Source: Bacillota bacterium (GTDB lineage: Bacteria; Bacillota; Clostridia; Christensenellales; Christensenellaceae). Taken from it: 64,000 nucleotides of DNA. Position numbers and translations under genes: made by a program. The notes under the pieces were generated by a model. The model was not told the DNA's origin. It did not search any database and saw only the letters and a program-made list of their open reading frames with translations. The stretch is from the NCBI GenBank assembly GCA_023393165.1, contig JAEWMJ010000057.1, positions 94,500 to 158,499 of the forward strand, written 5' to 3'. The stretch's first letter is position 1, and every line of letters starts with the position of its first letter. Below, piece after piece: positions 63,634 to 64,000 of this stretch.

Positions 63634-64000
63634 TTTGTTATAACGACAATCCCCATTATATTTTCATGTCCCTCTTTCAAAAAGTATACACCTCAGCCCT
63701 TAGTGGATCAACGCTTTTTTTATGGATCATTCTCTGCTCTCAAAATGTTTTCCGCTTCACCGATATTTTCTTAGAATTTGAATTTGTTATATCTGGAGAG
63801 GAATAAAAATTATTAGCAGGATTGAATTTAAATTAATAAAGAGTAGACTGATAATATTCATGCCCTGGCAAGTCGTCAAAAAACATGTCCAATATCTGGA
63901 AACATTTAAATATCATTTTCGGCCAGGGTCCTTTTTGAGCAACGATACCCCGTTTTTTTCTGATCTTAGTGATATCATCTTTGAAGAGCATAAAATATCA

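Noticed and set aside
1-64000. CRISPR arrays, tRNA, rRNA and tmRNA genes
   Set aside because: Reading the intergenic regions, I noticed no regularly spaced direct repeats and no tRNA-like T-arm or acceptor patterns. This was a visual scan only, and tRNAscan-SE, Infernal and a CRISPR finder should confirm it.

Overview
All calls below come from reading motifs by eye. No database search, folding program or alignment tool was run. The 64-kb window reads like a Clostridia-class Firmicute chromosome, based on SigI/RsgI, a glycyl-radical enzyme, HD-GYP proteins and a Tn916-type module. It holds about 55 protein genes, most on the minus strand. I noticed no rRNA, tRNA or CRISPR array. Order of content: (i) a YtrA/GntR-ABC operon (1-1.7 kb). 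(ii) A six-gene operon of Cys-rich zinc-ribbon proteins plus a lipoprotein and a DUF4870-like membrane protein (1.8-5.1 kb). (iii) A solute-binding protein gene 4 nt upstream of a 1128-aa membrane sensor with degenerate GGDEF and EAL domains and two C-terminal LuxR HTHs (5.4-10.3 kb). (iv) A 2467-aa bimodular NRPS with terminal reductase (C-A-T-C-A-T-R), followed without visible terminators by a 7TM histidine kinase and a REC-HD-GYP regulator (10.5-21.3 kb). (v) A mixed housekeeping block: M23 peptidase and bactofilin, YaiI, Tex, ABC-F, a second HD-GYP, nitroreductase, SigI-RsgI, NYN-LOTUS and PadR-HAAS (21.7-37.2 kb). (vi) A yyaL-like thioredoxin-domain gene broken by a 20-nt insertion exactly where base composition drops. 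It abuts a large serine recombinase, Tn916 orf7/orf8-like genes and a ~250-nt GC-rich, apparently structured non-coding segment (37.2-42.3 kb). (vii) A 13-gene, 14-kb rare-sugar uptake and catabolism operon with a divergent RpiR regulator (42.8-58.3 kb). (viii) A decaying region: a GRE activase, a 5'-truncated glycyl radical enzyme fused head-to-head to a 5'-truncated deoC, and a short LarE-like gene (58.8-63 kb). A ~115-nt intergenic repeat occurs twice. The most promising candidates for something undescribed are the NRPS-kinase-HD-GYP operon, the zinc-ribbon operon, the GGDEF/EAL/2xLuxR sensor, and the recombinase-adjacent junction with its structured RNA-like segment.
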